A DNA stretch of 64,000 bases from Ignavibacteria bacterium. Lineage in GTDB: Bacteria; Bacteroidota; Ignavibacteria; SZUA-365. The translations under genes were made by a program, and so were the position numbers. This document shows positions 48,418-59,388 of this stretch, piece after piece. The first letter of the stretch is position 1, and each line of letters opens with the position of its first letter. Under the pieces are notes generated by a model, which worked only from the letters and a program-made list of their open reading frames with translations, was not told where the DNA came from and did not search any database. The DNA lies in NCBI GenBank assembly GCA_002869275.1, contig PKTF01000064.1, positions 1,017-65,016 of the forward strand, read 5' to 3'.

Positions 48418-49406
48418 GTCAACCCCCGTTTCCTGCGAAGCTGTCGTCCTCGAAGCATGTTCACCTGTTTGAGCAATCTGGGACGATACCATTCCATCTC
48501 GTAATAATCTGTTTCCCTGCCGCCGAAACTGCGTTTGAAATCCGAAACACCGGGTGTGTTGCTGCCCATGAAATCGAAGACACGCACTCCTTCACCGGCG
48601 TAGTGTTCCAGTATGTTATGCAGTAGCCAGTGTGATGCCGAAGCCCCTAGCGTGGGATTAGCGCCTGCCAGCCAGTCGAAAAGATGCTTGCCGTCACGGA
48701 TAAGAACACGTGAAGCGGCACATCGTCCGTCAGCGCGAATGGCCGCGAAGCTCGAAATGATGGTTTCACGGCGAAGGTCGGCGAGCCATCTCTCGATAGT
48801 GGACTGCGGGATGGGCGGGGTGATACCATGCCGCTGATAGCTCTGTCCGTAACAATCTGCCAGCACCTGCACGGGTGGATCCTGTTCGATCGACAGACCG
48901 CTTTCATCCGCCCGCCTGATCTTGCGTCTCAGAGATTGACTGTAGGCGTCCCAGGTGGCGCCGGGATCGTCAAGGGTGATTCTTCGACTATGACGCTGCT
49001 GCACCTGCCACCCTCGTTGGCGAAACTGCTGCAGGGGGGTGCCTTCAGCGGCGACAGTCAGAGAAACAACATGGCAGCGCCGTTCGATGCTTTCAATCAG
49101 CTTGTCGATCGAAGGATCTGAGAGACTCATATTCTGTACAGAAGTCCAGCCGGAATACAGTGAAATCGGCACGGCCGTGGAAACCCGCAAGAGCTTTTTT
49201 CTGGCTGTCAGGAGGGGGATTCCGGCGACAGGCGCGTCATCACGAAACAGCACTATCCCCAGTGCTTCCCTGCCAAATTGACGCGCGGTGAGGTTGAGCC
49301 AACTTCTGGAAGAGAAGATCGTGGCATCCGGTGCGGATGCCTGCAGGTCGTCCCAGGAGTTGGACTCCTCTCCAAGTGATACTGTCTGCACGGTGTACGT
49401 GTGCAT
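48414..49406 (-). CDS. FemAB/CelD-like GNAT-fold acyltransferase (Acetyltransf_6-like)
   Basis: C-terminal FDFMGSNTPGVSDFKRSFGG pattern typical of FemAB/BioF2-like family; 4-nt overlap with the downstream barrel gene. Confidence 0.55.
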   Translation of the reverse strand: MHTYTVQTVSLGEESNSWDDLQASAPDATIFSSRSWLNLTARQFGREALGIVLFRDDAPVAGIPLLTARKKLLRVSTAVPISLYSGWTSVQNMSLSDPSIDKLIESIERRCHVVSLTVAAEGTPLQQFRQRGWQVQQRHSRRITLDDPGATWDAYSQSLRRKIRRADESGLSIEQDPPVQVLADCYGQSYQRHGITPPIPQSTIERWLADLRRETIISSFAAIRADGRCAASRVLIRDGKHLFDWLAGANPTLGASASHWLLHNILEHYAGEGVRVFDFMGSNTPGVSDFKRSFGGRETDYYEMEWYRPRLLKQVNMLRGRQLRRKRGLT

Positions 49407-49419
49407 TCCGAATCCGTAA

Positions 49420-50346
49420 TCAGAGCGTGAGTTCGATCGTGTCTTCCGCGATCATGAATGAAATGAGATAGAGATATTTGACGGCAATGGCCATCTGAGT
49501 GCCAACATCCTCGGCCCTGGCGCTCTCAGTACTGACGCCGCTGTTCATCTTGGAGATATCCTCTTTGCGTTCAGCGTTGAGTGACATGGCCCAGAGCTGT
49601 GAGATTTCGAACGTACGAAACATGCCGTTGATGAAGTGGTCTTCTTCGCTTTTTGCAACGGAGACTCCCTGGTTGTATTGACGCTCGATATGCTCAAACG
49701 CTCCTACGAAATGTCCTTCGGAATCGATTTCCTCCATGATCAGCTCCGTAAGACTGTAGCAGGCATCCGAAATGGCAGCCGCGGCTTCTACTGCAGGGAT
49801 TTCGGGTTTGAAGGTCTTGACGGTCGCATCGTGAATCTTCTGAATTTCAGCCTGCTTCTCGGCCTGTCCGTAGAACTTCATTTTCGCCAGCAGTGCGTAC
49901 ATGGCGTATGTCCCAGTCATGCCGTTCATGATGCGTCCCGCATCGCTGCTGCGCAGTTGTTCCGCCTCAGAAAATTTTTCTCTCTCGGTCAGAATGTAGG
50001 TTGCGAACGTAGAATCGCGGTCCAGCGCTCGCGCGGTTACTGTCAGTGTATTGAACAGGCTGTAGAGTTCTGTGATCAGTCGCGGAATTGGCGCATCATG
50101 CTGCTCCTTCGCACGCCACGCGCTGATGGCCTGCAGGTCCTCGAGCAGCTTTGCCTTCAGATCGGGGAGGGGAACGTACCCGAGATCAGCGCGCTGCAAG
50201 GCCTGGACGCGGGGATTGCTGGTTGTGGCTGCCTGTGGTGTCACGGCAGACTGCTGACGGGAAGTACCTTCGTCGTTTCGTTCACCGCCACATGCAGTCA
50301 CGAACGATCCGAAAAGGACAACGAGAAGAATTGTTACACGTTTCAT
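49420..50346 (-). CDS. hypothetical lipoprotein
   Basis: lipobox LFGSFVTAC; mostly helical composition; no known motif. Confidence 0.45.
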   Translation of the reverse strand: MKRVTILLVVLFGSFVTACGGERNDEGTSRQQSAVTPQAATTSNPRVQALQRADLGYVPLPDLKAKLLEDLQAISAWRAKEQHDAPIPRLITELYSLFNTLTVTARALDRDSTFATYILTEREKFSEAEQLRSSDAGRIMNGMTGTYAMYALLAKMKFYGQAEKQAEIQKIHDATVKTFKPEIPAVEAAAAISDACYSLTELIMEEIDSEGHFVGAFEHIERQYNQGVSVAKSEEDHFINGMFRTFEISQLWAMSLNAERKEDISKMNSGVSTESARAEDVGTQMAIAVKYLYLISFMIAEDTIELTL

Positions 50347-51419
50347 GGAAGATAATCGTCGAGGTGAAGTTGAATGGAGCGGCGCACGATGTGAAAAGTA
50401 TCTGAAAATCGTTTGTAGTCAGCCGAAGTGGAATCGACCGCGGTGAGGAACAGGACGATCCTGCCACTGCTCGGATCCTGCAGGCGGCTGAGGGTTCCGT
50501 GCATCGTGAGCGGAACAGGTATGTGCACCTCGCTGCGATCAATAAGACGGAGGCGCATTTCGGCACTGCTGTCTGCCGCGGCTGCTGCCTTCGTCGAGCC
50601 AACGGTGTCCCGCGCTGCCGCGGGAAGAACCGCGATACGGATAACCGCCGTGGCATGAAGCGTAGACGGGTCCACGTATTCGAGTTCGATGCCAGGCCAG
50701 TTCCCTGAGCCGGCGAACCCGAGCAGCGGAGCTTCGTTTACATCCCATGCCTGCGGATAGCGGAACGACACCGACAGTGAATCTGATCGATAGTTGCGCA
50801 AACCTTCTTCACGCAGTCTGGTTGCGAAGTTTTCTTCTTTCTGCCACCAGCTGTTCTCGAAATTCCCCGATTCGGCGAAGGGGATTTTCCATCGTCCCTG
50901 CTCGCGGAGCAGGGTAAACGAACTGACACTCTCGAAGCTGCTCTGACGAATATGGACCAGGAAAGTGGCCGTTATGATGGCGCGCGTTGTGTCTCGGACG
51001 TCGATATCTAGAATATCAAAGCGAGAGAATTCATAGAAGAACGGTGTGCGATGCTTTGCGGCCTCTCGCTCAATCCACGCCGAGAAATCACGTGCGTCAC
51101 GAATGCCGAGCTTTTTCAATCGTTTCACGCTGGCAGAGGACAGCATATCATAGGCGGTATCCACCACGCGGGGTCTCTGAAAAAGCTGCACCCAGCTTCG
51201 GAACGTGCTGCGAGCATCCCTGTAGAGCTGCGTCTCTAGAGGGACGGTATTGGGCTCGCCGGTCTCTTCTTTCGGTATTTCCCTGTCAGATTTGCCGCAG
51301 CCGGGAAGCAGCGTCACACTGACGAGGAATACCGGAATGAGCATCCAGAGAAGCAGGGGGCGATTGAGGGTCGCTGCGCGATCCTTCCATCGAAGATATT
51401 GAGTGTACAGATACATCAT
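50343..51419 (-). CDS. hypothetical lipoprotein
   Basis: TM/lipobox (LLWMLIPVFLVSVTLLPGC); ATGA overlap with the downstream lipoprotein gene. Confidence 0.45.
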   Translation of the reverse strand: MMYLYTQYLRWKDRAATLNRPLLLWMLIPVFLVSVTLLPGCGKSDREIPKEETGEPNTVPLETQLYRDARSTFRSWVQLFQRPRVVDTAYDMLSSASVKRLKKLGIRDARDFSAWIEREAAKHRTPFFYEFSRFDILDIDVRDTTRAIITATFLVHIRQSSFESVSSFTLLREQGRWKIPFAESGNFENSWWQKEENFATRLREEGLRNYRSDSLSVSFRYPQAWDVNEAPLLGFAGSGNWPGIELEYVDPSTLHATAVIRIAVLPAAARDTVGSTKAAAAADSSAEMRLRLIDRSEVHIPVPLTMHGTLSRLQDPSSGRIVLFLTAVDSTSADYKRFSDTFHIVRRSIQLHLDDYLP

Positions 51420-51555
51420 ATCATTTCAAGATACGTAAATACCTGTCACTGAGAAACCCGATCCGCCGTCGCCCACGGTGAGTATTCATCTGAAATGAAC
51501 GAGGTAACGTGATGATTTTCAATCGTTTTCGCTCGCTTCTGTCCGGGTGAACTGC

Positions 51556-51584
51556 TTGACTTTATTTCGCCCTCGCCATAACTT
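51556..51584 (+). promoter_or_regulatory. putative sigma-70-type promoter upstream of efp
   Basis: TTGACT, 17-nt spacer, TAACTT, about 50 nt upstream of the efp ATG. Confidence 0.3.
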
Positions 51585-51635
51585 TAAGCTTACATAAATT
51601 GAGTATTCACACACCAGCCACGTAGCAATATTTTT

Positions 51636-52196
51636 ATGGGTTCAACGACAGATTTTCGAAACGGAATGATCATCCGCTTCAACGGAGCATTACATCAAAT
51701 CGTCGAATGGCGTCACCACAAGCCCGGGAAGGGCGGAGCAATGGTGCAGACCAAGCTTCGCAACATGCGTACCGGCGCCGCATTCGAGCAGCGCTTTCGT
51801 CCTGGCGAAAATGTCGACATTGTGCGCGTCGAGCGGCGAAAGTTTCAGTACCTCTACCCCGAAGGGGAGTATCTGTGTTTCATGGATCAGGAAACCTATG
51901 ACCAGATCCACGTGTCCGCTGAGGAATTCGGCGATGCCGTGCGCTTCCTCAAGGAAGGAGAGGTCTGTGAAATTTTGATGGATGGCGAAACCGCAATTTC
52001 CGGCGAGCTGCCGATCACGGTGGAACTCGAGGTCACGGAAACCGAACCGGGCGTCCGCGGTGATACGGCACAGGGCGGCAGCAAGAAGGCGACCGTCGAG
52101 ACCGGTGCCACGGTCAATGTGCCGCTGTTCATCGATCAGGGTGAGGTGCTGAAGATCGATACCCGCTCCGGCGAGTATCTGGAACGCGTCAAGTAA
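51636..52196 (+). CDS. efp: elongation factor P
   Basis: KPGKGGA loop with the modified Lys, three OB domains. Confidence 0.9.
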   Translation: MGSTTDFRNGMIIRFNGALHQIVEWRHHKPGKGGAMVQTKLRNMRTGAAFEQRFRPGENVDIVRVERRKFQYLYPEGEYLCFMDQETYDQIHVSAEEFGDAVRFLKEGEVCEILMDGETAISGELPITVELEVTETEPGVRGDTAQGGSKKATVETGATVNVPLFIDQGEVLKIDTRSGEYLERVK

Positions 52197-52227
52197 CGAG
52201 AGAATTCCTACATAAAGCGGAGCTGCA

Positions 52228-52695
52228 ATGGATATTCAATATGTTCGCAAGCTGGTCAAGATCGTCACGGATTCCCAGATCGCTGAACTGGAGATCGAAG
52301 AGGAGGGACAGCGGGTACGCGTTACACGCACTCTCTACACGGAACCTGTCGTGATGGCGTCGCCGGCTTCGGCCGCACACGCGGTGGCTCCGCAGCCACA
52401 GGCCGCCGCTCCAGCGGCAGTTGAAGAATCCGCCCCGGCACCGGAACCCGCCGGTGGTGTCGAGGTACGCAGCCCGATCGTGGGTACGTTTTATCGCGCA
52501 TCCTCGCCTGATGCGGAGCCCTTCGTAAAAGTCGGCGAGGCAATCAGCACCGGGCAGACGTTGTGCATCATCGAGGCCATGAAGATCATGAACGAAATCG
52601 AGAGCGATCAGTCTGGGACGATCGTGAAAATCCTCGTGGAAGACGGTCAGCCTGTCGAATACAATCAGCCTCTGTTTATCGTCAATCCTTCATAA
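52228..52695 (+). CDS. accB: acetyl-CoA carboxylase biotin carboxyl carrier protein
   Basis: biotinyl-lysine motif EAMKIMN; Ala/Pro-rich linker. Confidence 0.9.
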   Translation: MDIQYVRKLVKIVTDSQIAELEIEEEGQRVRVTRTLYTEPVVMASPASAAHAVAPQPQAAAPAAVEESAPAPEPAGGVEVRSPIVGTFYRASSPDAEPFVKVGEAISTGQTLCIIEAMKIMNEIESDQSGTIVKILVEDGQPVEYNQPLFIVNPS

Positions 52696-52736
52696 CCGGT
52701 GTCGGACACCAGTTCAGCAGAAAGAGGTACCACACC

Positions 52737-54071
52737 GTGTTTTCGAAAATTCTCATAGCCAACCGCGGAGAAATAGCACTTCGCATCATCCGTACCTGCA
52801 GGGTGATGGGGATCCCCACCGTTGCGGTCTACTCAACGATTGACGAAGATTCACTTCACGTCCGTTTTGCGGATGAGGCCGTCTGCATTGGTCCGCCGCC
52901 CGGACGCGAGAGTTATCTGAACATCCCACGCATCCTCGCCGCCGCGGAGATCACCGGGGCGGATGCCATTCATCCCGGGTACGGTTTCCTGGCTGAGAAC
53001 GCGGAGTTCTCCGAGATCTGTCAGGAATCAGGCCTGAAGTTCATCGGTCCGAGTCCCGACATGATCAACCGCATGGGTAACAAGGCGCTGGCGAAGGCAA
53101 CCGTACGACTCGCAGATGTGCCCACTGTTCCCGGAAGCGACGGTGTCGTCAGGGATATCGCTCACGCGCATGAGGTCATGAAGGGAATGGAATTTCCCGT
53201 CATCTTGAAGGCTTCTGCCGGAGGTGGCGGCAAGGGAATGCGCATCGTGCGAGAGAGCAGTGAATTCGACCGTCAGTTCAGCATGGCGAAAGCCGAGGCG
53301 GAATCCGCTTTCAGTAACGGCGATCTGTATCTCGAACAGTACATCGAAAAACCGCGCCATGTCGAGATCCAGGTCCTGGGCGACGGCAAGGGGAACGTCG
53401 TGCACCTGGGGGAACGCGACTGTTCCATCCAGCGCCGGCACCAGAAACTGGTCGAAGAATCACCGTCACCCGCGGTGGACGCCGAACTGCGTCAACGCAT
53501 GGGCGATGCCGCCATCGCAGCCGCAGCAAGCATCAAATATGAAGGGGCAGGTACGATCGAGTTTCTCCTCGATGCGAAGAAGAATTTTTATTTTATGGAA
53601 ATGAACACGCGCATCCAGGTAGAGCATCCCGTCACTGAAGAAGTGACGGGTGTTGACCTCATTCGCGAACAAATCCGCATGGCAGCCGGGGAAGAGCTTC
53701 CCGAAGGCGGCTTCGCGGAACCCATCGGGCATGCCATCGAATGCCGCATCAACGCTGAAGACCCGGATCACGATTTTCGACCATCGCCGGGACGGATTTC
53801 GACCTGGCACCAGCCGGGGGGATTCGGTGTGCGCGTGGACACACATGCCTACCAGGGATATGCCATCCCGCCCTCCTACGATTCGATGATCGGGAAGCTG
53901 ATCGTCCACGGTGCCACGCGTTCCGAGGCAATTGATCGCATGGAACAGGCTCTCGAAGAATTCGTCATCGAAGGGGTGAAAACCACGATTCCGTTCCATA
54001 AAAAAGTCATGAAAAACGATAGATTTCGGGAAGGCGATTTCGATACGCATTTCCTGGAACACTTCGAATAA
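52737..54071 (+). CDS. accC: acetyl-CoA carboxylase biotin carboxylase
   Basis: GTG start at 52737 after AAGAGG (the ORF track's upstream extension overlaps accB); ATP-grasp motifs ([21 protein letters not shown]). Confidence 0.9.
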   Translation: MFSKILIANRGEIALRIIRTCRVMGIPTVAVYSTIDEDSLHVRFADEAVCIGPPPGRESYLNIPRILAAAEITGADAIHPGYGFLAENAEFSEICQESGLKFIGPSPDMINRMGNKALAKATVRLADVPTVPGSDGVVRDIAHAHEVMKGMEFPVILKASAGGGGKGMRIVRESSEFDRQFSMAKAEAESAFSNGDLYLEQYIEKPRHVEIQVLGDGKGNVVHLGERDCSIQRRHQKLVEESPSPAVDAELRQRMGDAAIAAAASIKYEGAGTIEFLLDAKKNFYFMEMNTRIQVEHPVTEEVTGVDLIREQIRMAAGEELPEGGFAEPIGHAIECRINAEDPDHDFRPSPGRISTWHQPGGFGVRVDTHAYQGYAIPPSYDSMIGKLIVHGATRSEAIDRMEQALEEFVIEGVKTTIPFHKKVMKNDRFREGDFDTHFLEHFE

Positions 54072-54108
54072 CTACGCGATAGTAACACAGTATTTTTCAG
54101 GAGCACAC

Positions 54109-54486
54109 ATGAACTTCCCAGAAGATCTCAAGTACACGGATTCCCACGAGTGGCTGAAGATAGAGGGCGATGTCGCCACTATCGGCGTGACGGACTATGC
54201 CCAGGGTGAGCTTGGCGATGTCGTATTTATCGACATTCCCGAAGCGCGTGCCGTGACAGCAGGAGAGGCCTTCGGCTCCATCGAAGCAGTCAAGACCGTC
54301 TCCGATATCATCGCACCCCTCGCGGGAACCATCACCGAGATCAATCCTGAGCTCGAAGCCAGCCCGGAAACCGTAAACTCCGATCCGTATGGTGCCGGGT
54401 GGATGGTGAAAATGACGATCGACAACCAGGATGAACTGGCCTCGCTGCTGGATGTGAACCAGTACAAGGAACTCATCGGGAAGTAA
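54109..54486 (+). CDS. gcvH: glycine cleavage system H protein
   Basis: lipoyl-lysine motif ([10 protein letters not shown]); CAGGAGC RBS. Confidence 0.9.
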   Translation: MNFPEDLKYTDSHEWLKIEGDVATIGVTDYAQGELGDVVFIDIPEARAVTAGEAFGSIEAVKTVSDIIAPLAGTITEINPELEASPETVNSDPYGAGWMVKMTIDNQDELASLLDVNQYKELIGK

Positions 54487-54508
54487 TTCCCGGGGACCAA
54501 CGAATTCA

Positions 54509-54547
54509 GACCGGACAGACTCACTGGCTGTCCGGTCGCTGTTTTTT
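54509..54547 (+). terminator. rho-independent terminator after gcvH
   Basis: GACCGGACAG...CTGTCCGGTC stem followed by GCTGTTTTTT. Confidence 0.55.
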
Positions 54548-54566
54548 CACCAGCAACGGAATTCTC

Positions 54567-56108
54567 ATGCAGCACGCAGAATGGATTTGCATCGTCGATT
54601 TTGGGTCTCAATACACTCAGCTGATTGCTCGACGTATCAGAGAACTTGGGGTATACTGTGAAATCCATCCGTTCCATCTCGCACTGGAAGCGGTGAGCCA
54701 GAAGCGTCCAAAGGGCGTCATCCTTTCGGGCGGACCCAACAGCGTGTACGAAGAGGACGCACCACGCATACACGAAGAGATGTTCGAACTCGGTGTCCCC
54801 GTGCTGGGAATTTGCTACGGCCTTCAACTGCTGGCCATTCACCACGGTGGTGCTGTCGATCCAGCAGCGAGAAGGGAATACGGAAAAGCCGAACTGCGTG
54901 TGGACAACCAGTCGGATCTCCTCAAGGGGATCTCCGAAGATTCGACCGTGTGGATGAGTCACGGTGATTCACTCTCGCAGCTTCCTGATTCCTTCGAAGT
55001 CATCGCCCACACTGCGAACGCGCCGATCTGTGCCATTCGCAATGTGGAGAAACGCCATTACGGTGTACAATTCCATCCCGAGGTCGTACATACACAGGAT
55101 GGAAAGCGTATCCTCTCGAACTTCATCTACGACATCTGTGCTGCCGAAGGTGGCTGGAATCCACGTTCTTTCATCGATCAATCTATCGAGGATATTCGTC
55201 GGACCGTGGGAGAAGGGCGCGTAATCTGTGCTCTGAGCGGAGGGGTTGATTCCGCTGTGGCGGCGGTACTGCTGCATGAGGCGATCGGCGAACGTCTGCA
55301 GTGTATCCACATCGACAACGGTGTCATGCGCAAAGACGAAAGCGCCCAGGTGGTGGAAACCTTCCGTGATGAATTCCACATCCCGCTGAAATTTGTCGAT
55401 GCGAGTGATCTCTTCCTCGGGAAACTGGCCGGTGTGACCGATCCCGAAGAGAAAAGGAAGATCATCGGTGTGACGTTCATCGAAGTATTTGAAAAAGAAG
55501 CCTCGGAATTCAGCGACGCCGCGTTCCTCGCGCAGGGGACGCTGTATCCCGATGTCATCGAATCGGTGAATTTCAAAGGGCCCTCCGCAACGATCAAATC
55601 GCATCATAACGTAGGCGGGTTGCCCGAACGCATGAATCTATCGCTTATCGAACCCTTCAGGGAGCTGTTCAAAGATGAAGTACGCAACGTGGGACGCGAA
55701 CTCGGGATGCCCGGACACATTCTTGACCGCCACCCATTTCCAGGACCGGGCCTGGCCATCCGTGTTCTAGGCGCAATCGAAAAAGAGCAGCTCGATCTTC
55801 TGCGAAATGTCGACGAGATCTTTCTGGAGGAAATTCGCTCCGCGGGTGAATACGACAATATCTGGCAGGCATTCGCCGTACTGCTTCCTGTCAAATCTGT
55901 CGGTGTCATGGGTGATGCGCGAACATATGAATTTACGATCGCGCTGCGTGCCGTCACCAGTCTTGACGGCATGACCGCCGACTGGGCGCGGATTCCATAT
56001 GACGTTCTCGAGAGTATTTCCAACCGCGTTATCAACGAAGTGCGCGGTGTCAACCGCGTGGTATACGACATCAGTTCGAAACCACCTTCCACCATCGAGT
56101 GGGAGTAG
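54567..56108 (+). CDS. guaA: GMP synthase (glutamine-hydrolysing)
   Basis: class I GATase N-domain, ATP-PPase SGGVDS P-loop, C-terminal dimerisation domain. Confidence 0.9.
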   Translation: MQHAEWICIVDFGSQYTQLIARRIRELGVYCEIHPFHLALEAVSQKRPKGVILSGGPNSVYEEDAPRIHEEMFELGVPVLGICYGLQLLAIHHGGAVDPAARREYGKAELRVDNQSDLLKGISEDSTVWMSHGDSLSQLPDSFEVIAHTANAPICAIRNVEKRHYGVQFHPEVVHTQDGKRILSNFIYDICAAEGGWNPRSFIDQSIEDIRRTVGEGRVICALSGGVDSAVAAVLLHEAIGERLQCIHIDNGVMRKDESAQVVETFRDEFHIPLKFVDASDLFLGKLAGVTDPEEKRKIIGVTFIEVFEKEASEFSDAAFLAQGTLYPDVIESVNFKGPSATIKSHHNVGGLPERMNLSLIEPFRELFKDEVRNVGRELGMPGHILDRHPFPGPGLAIRVLGAIEKEQLDLLRNVDEIFLEEIRSAGEYDNIWQAFAVLLPVKSVGVMGDARTYEFTIALRAVTSLDGMTADWARIPYDVLESISNRVINEVRGVNRVVYDISSKPPSTIEWE

Positions 56109-56992
56109 TGGTGAACGAACACCGCGTCGCACAGCTGCTTGACGAAGCGCAATATCACGAAGAGCACCAAAAATGGCTGCATGCAGTCCAGATCTATCAG
56201 CAGCTCATCAACGAATTTCCTGAACAGCTTGACTTCAGGATCAAACTCGGGAATGTCTACCTCGAAATGGGCAATCTGCCTGCCGCAGAGCTGATCCTTC
56301 TCCAGGCGCTGAGCAACGACTCTGAAAATCCCGATATCCTGTACTCCCTCGGCATCGCCTGCTACCAGAGTGAAGACTTCGAACGAGCGCTGTTCTACAT
56401 GCGTCAGCTCGCCTCCTATCGACTGCCGAAAGTCCATTATTCGCTCGGTCTCATTTACTGGAGGCGGGCGGAGTTTCTGCACGCGGAGAGGCATCTTCGA
56501 CTGACGATGGAGTTTCAACCCGACCACGTGAATGCCGCGCTTGCCCTGGCCGAGACCTGTATTCGCCAGAATAAGTTTTCGGACGCCGCAACCGTTTTGC
56601 GCGATATCAACGTGCTCGTGCCGCAAGACACCGCCGTGCAGTACCTGCTGGGAACCACGCTCATTTCGACTGGAGAGTATGAAGATGCGGTACTGCATCT
56701 TCGCCGCGTCCTCGAAACCGAACCAGCAGATGAGAATGCTCTACTTGCATGCGCGGGTGCTCTGATAAAAGCCGACCGGTTTACGGAGGCGGAGGAAGAG
56801 CTGAAGACTCAGCTTCGACACGATGAACGGTCTGCGCGTACGTTGATCGCATTCGGAAAACTTGCCCTGGTTCGAGCGAATCGGCGCAAAGCTGAAGAAT
56901 ATTTCAGACGTGCGCTCGAACTTGAACCCGAGAATACCGATGCCCTTGAACAGATGCGGTATTTTACCCCAAATGGAAAAACGACTACATAG
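56099..56992 (+). CDS. TPR-repeat protein
   Basis: multiple TPR units; non-ATG (GTG) start near 56099-56111, exact start uncertain. Confidence 0.5.
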   Translation: MGVVVNEHRVAQLLDEAQYHEEHQKWLHAVQIYQQLINEFPEQLDFRIKLGNVYLEMGNLPAAELILLQALSNDSENPDILYSLGIACYQSEDFERALFYMRQLASYRLPKVHYSLGLIYWRRAEFLHAERHLRLTMEFQPDHVNAALALAETCIRQNKFSDAATVLRDINVLVPQDTAVQYLLGTTLISTGEYEDAVLHLRRVLETEPADENALLACAGALIKADRFTEAEEELKTQLRHDERSARTLIAFGKLALVRANRRKAEEYFRRALELEPENTDALEQMRYFTPNGKTTT

Positions 56993-58637
56993 TCTGCTCC
57001 TCTTGCTGCTGTTTTTCGCTCCACCTCTTTTCGCTCAGGAGAAGATCGCCTACCAGGAGGATGCGGAAAAAAAATTTCAGTACGCCCTGGAATTCTTCGA
57101 AGAGGGGTCATTCTACGCGGCAGCGAAGCATTTTCAGCAGCTTGCCGACGCCTACCCTGCACACCACCGCACGACTGCATCATATATCATGGCCGCCCGC
57201 GCACACCTCGCTGCGAAGGCGCCATCGCGCAGCCTGAGGCTGCTGGAAGAATTCCGTCTTCAATTCCCAGGCAGCAGCTATCTGGGGGAGAGCTATCTGA
57301 TTTCCGGGGAAGCGTCAGCGGCGGCGGATAGTCCCGCACGTGCAATTGAGTATTATTTGCGTGCCTGGAAAGCTGGGGTTCAGAATTATGACCGATTCGC
57401 ATGGTTGATCCACCAGCTCGGATCCGTAACATTGTCGCCATATGACAGGAAGGTGACGGAAAACGTGCTCAAGACGCTCGATGATGCTGAGAAACTCCGC
57501 GCCCTTCTTCCGCTGGATGGTACCGCAACATCGAAGTCTGCCACGGCCGGCAGAGCCGCAGGCGTGTCCTCGAGTACCGTGACGCCGCAATCGACAGTCA
57601 TCGCGGTGGCGCTGCCAGGGAAGGTGGGTGACAGGCAGAAGCAGCATCTCGTGGAACAGCTCAAACGCGGCATGCGCCTGGCACTCGACGAACACAACGC
57701 GTCTTCAGATTTCAAGGCTGAGATGCTCCTTCTCGACAGCGGTGACCCTGCAAAGCTGCGTGAAGAATGCGATCGACTCGAGCAAGATCCGCGAGCCGTG
57801 ATCATGCTCGCCGGGGCATTCAGCTCGGATGCCCGTACCGTCTGTGAGATTCTCGGCGAACGAGAGTTACTGGTACTGCTTCCCACGGCGACGGATGCGG
57901 AACTGACGGAGTACGGGAGGAATATCTTTCAGATGAATACCCCCATCGAAGACAGAGCACGCCTGCTTGCGGACTTCGCTTTCCTGGAGCTGGATGCGGA
58001 AGCTGTCTGTGTTCTCGCACCGGATGAATCCTATCCGCGCGAGATGGCAGATGCTTTCGTCCAACGGTGCAGGGAACTTGGTCTTCCGGTAGAGGGTCTC
58101 GCGCATTATCGAACGGCCGAGCGGAATCTATCTGAAGCTTGCGGACAGCTCGCACGATCGGATAGGGCAAAAAACGCTGTCCTGTTTGCACCTGTCAGTT
58201 CACCGAAGCATATTGGCAGTGTCCTCGAGGGAGCAGGACAGGTACAAAATGTTCGTACGATTCTGGGCGGCGGAAATTGGAATTATCCAAAGGTCCTGAA
58301 ACGACATGCGTCCAATATCACGATCTACTTCGAGAGTGATGTGCTCCCGGAGAAGGGACAACGGAAAATGCGGTCGCTGCTGCATCGAGATCGCGAAAGA
58401 GAACAGTCCGGGATATCGCGGGAGATGCTTTTTGGCTTCGACGCCATGAAACTTGCACTGCATGTTGCAGGCAGCGAACCGACTACCCGTGAGGCGGCCA
58501 GGCGAAAGCTGCGTGATGTTTTCGAAGGACTCAGAGCGCCGGTGAATTTCGTCGACAGCCGTGTCAACAGGGCAATGAATATGCTGCGCTGCTTCAAGGG
58601 AAACATCGAGCTGCTCGAGAGCTTCTACGCAAAATAA
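56973..58637 (+). CDS. secreted TPR-like plus type-I periplasmic-binding-protein (LivK/LppC-like) domain protein; LpoA-like architecture
   Basis: signal peptide [22 protein letters not shown]; N-terminal helical repeat region; C-terminal VIAVALPGKVGDRQKQ...GMRLALDEHN pattern of PBP type I. Confidence 0.55.
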   Translation: MEKRLHSLLLLLLFFAPPLFAQEKIAYQEDAEKKFQYALEFFEEGSFYAAAKHFQQLADAYPAHHRTTASYIMAARAHLAAKAPSRSLRLLEEFRLQFPGSSYLGESYLISGEASAAADSPARAIEYYLRAWKAGVQNYDRFAWLIHQLGSVTLSPYDRKVTENVLKTLDDAEKLRALLPLDGTATSKSATAGRAAGVSSSTVTPQSTVIAVALPGKVGDRQKQHLVEQLKRGMRLALDEHNASSDFKAEMLLLDSGDPAKLREECDRLEQDPRAVIMLAGAFSSDARTVCEILGERELLVLLPTATDAELTEYGRNIFQMNTPIEDRARLLADFAFLELDAEAVCVLAPDESYPREMADAFVQRCRELGLPVEGLAHYRTAERNLSEACGQLARSDRAKNAVLFAPVSSPKHIGSVLEGAGQVQNVRTILGGGNWNYPKVLKRHASNITIYFESDVLPEKGQRKMRSLLHRDREREQSGISREMLFGFDAMKLALHVAGSEPTTREAARRKLRDVFEGLRAPVNFVDSRVNRAMNMLRCFKGNIELLESFYAK

Positions 58638-58668
58638 CTTCGTTCAACATCTAACAGGGAGAACAGTG

Positions 58669-59388
58669 ATGACAGTCAAAAGATCGTCATCCCAGGAAGC
58701 CGTATTTGGTATCAAATCCTGGCCGGAGGAAGAACGTCCCCGGGAGAAACTCGCGCTTCGAGGGGCTGAAGCGCTCACGGAATCAGAGTTACTTGCCATC
58801 GTTTTGAATGCTGGTAGCGGAGGTCGCACGGCGCTCGACATTGCCCGCGATCTGCTCCAACACTACCCTTCGCTGCGAGACATGGCACAACGGCCACTCA
58901 AGGAACTTTGCGGGATTTCAGGGGTGGGACAGGCCCGTGCGGTGGCGCTGCAGGCCGCCTTCGAGCTGGGTAGACGGTATGCTGTCACCCCGGAGGTCAA
59001 GCGACAAGCAGTGAACGCTCCTGAAGATGTCGCGGCATTGTATCAATATCGCATGCGAGATCTGCGACACGAACGCTTCGTTGTTCTTCTTCTGAACAAT
59101 GCAGGGCATATCATCCGAGAAACTGTGGTATCTGAAGGAATTGTGAATGCGAGCCTGGTGCATCCTCGAGAAGTGTTTCATGCCGCTGTCACCGAACTGG
59201 CATCTTCGGTCATCTTGCTGCACAACCATCCCAGCGGGGTACGCGAAGCGAGTCGGGAAGACCATCTCATCACACGACAGCTCGTGGAGGCAGGCAGGAT
59301 CATGGACATCCCCGTACATGACCACATAATCATTTGCGGGAGTTCGTACGTGAGTTTTGCAGAAAATGGCTGGCTGGAAGCTCAGTAA
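58669..59388 (+). CDS. radC: RadC-family JAB/MPN domain protein
   Basis: HhH region (LLAIVLNAGSGGRTALD...LCGISGVGQA) and JAMM motif HNHPSG. Confidence 0.8.
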   Translation: MTVKRSSSQEAVFGIKSWPEEERPREKLALRGAEALTESELLAIVLNAGSGGRTALDIARDLLQHYPSLRDMAQRPLKELCGISGVGQARAVALQAAFELGRRYAVTPEVKRQAVNAPEDVAALYQYRMRDLRHERFVVLLLNNAGHIIRETVVSEGIVNASLVHPREVFHAAVTELASSVILLHNHPSGVREASREDHLITRQLVEAGRIMDIPVHDHIIICGSSYVSFAENGWLEAQ

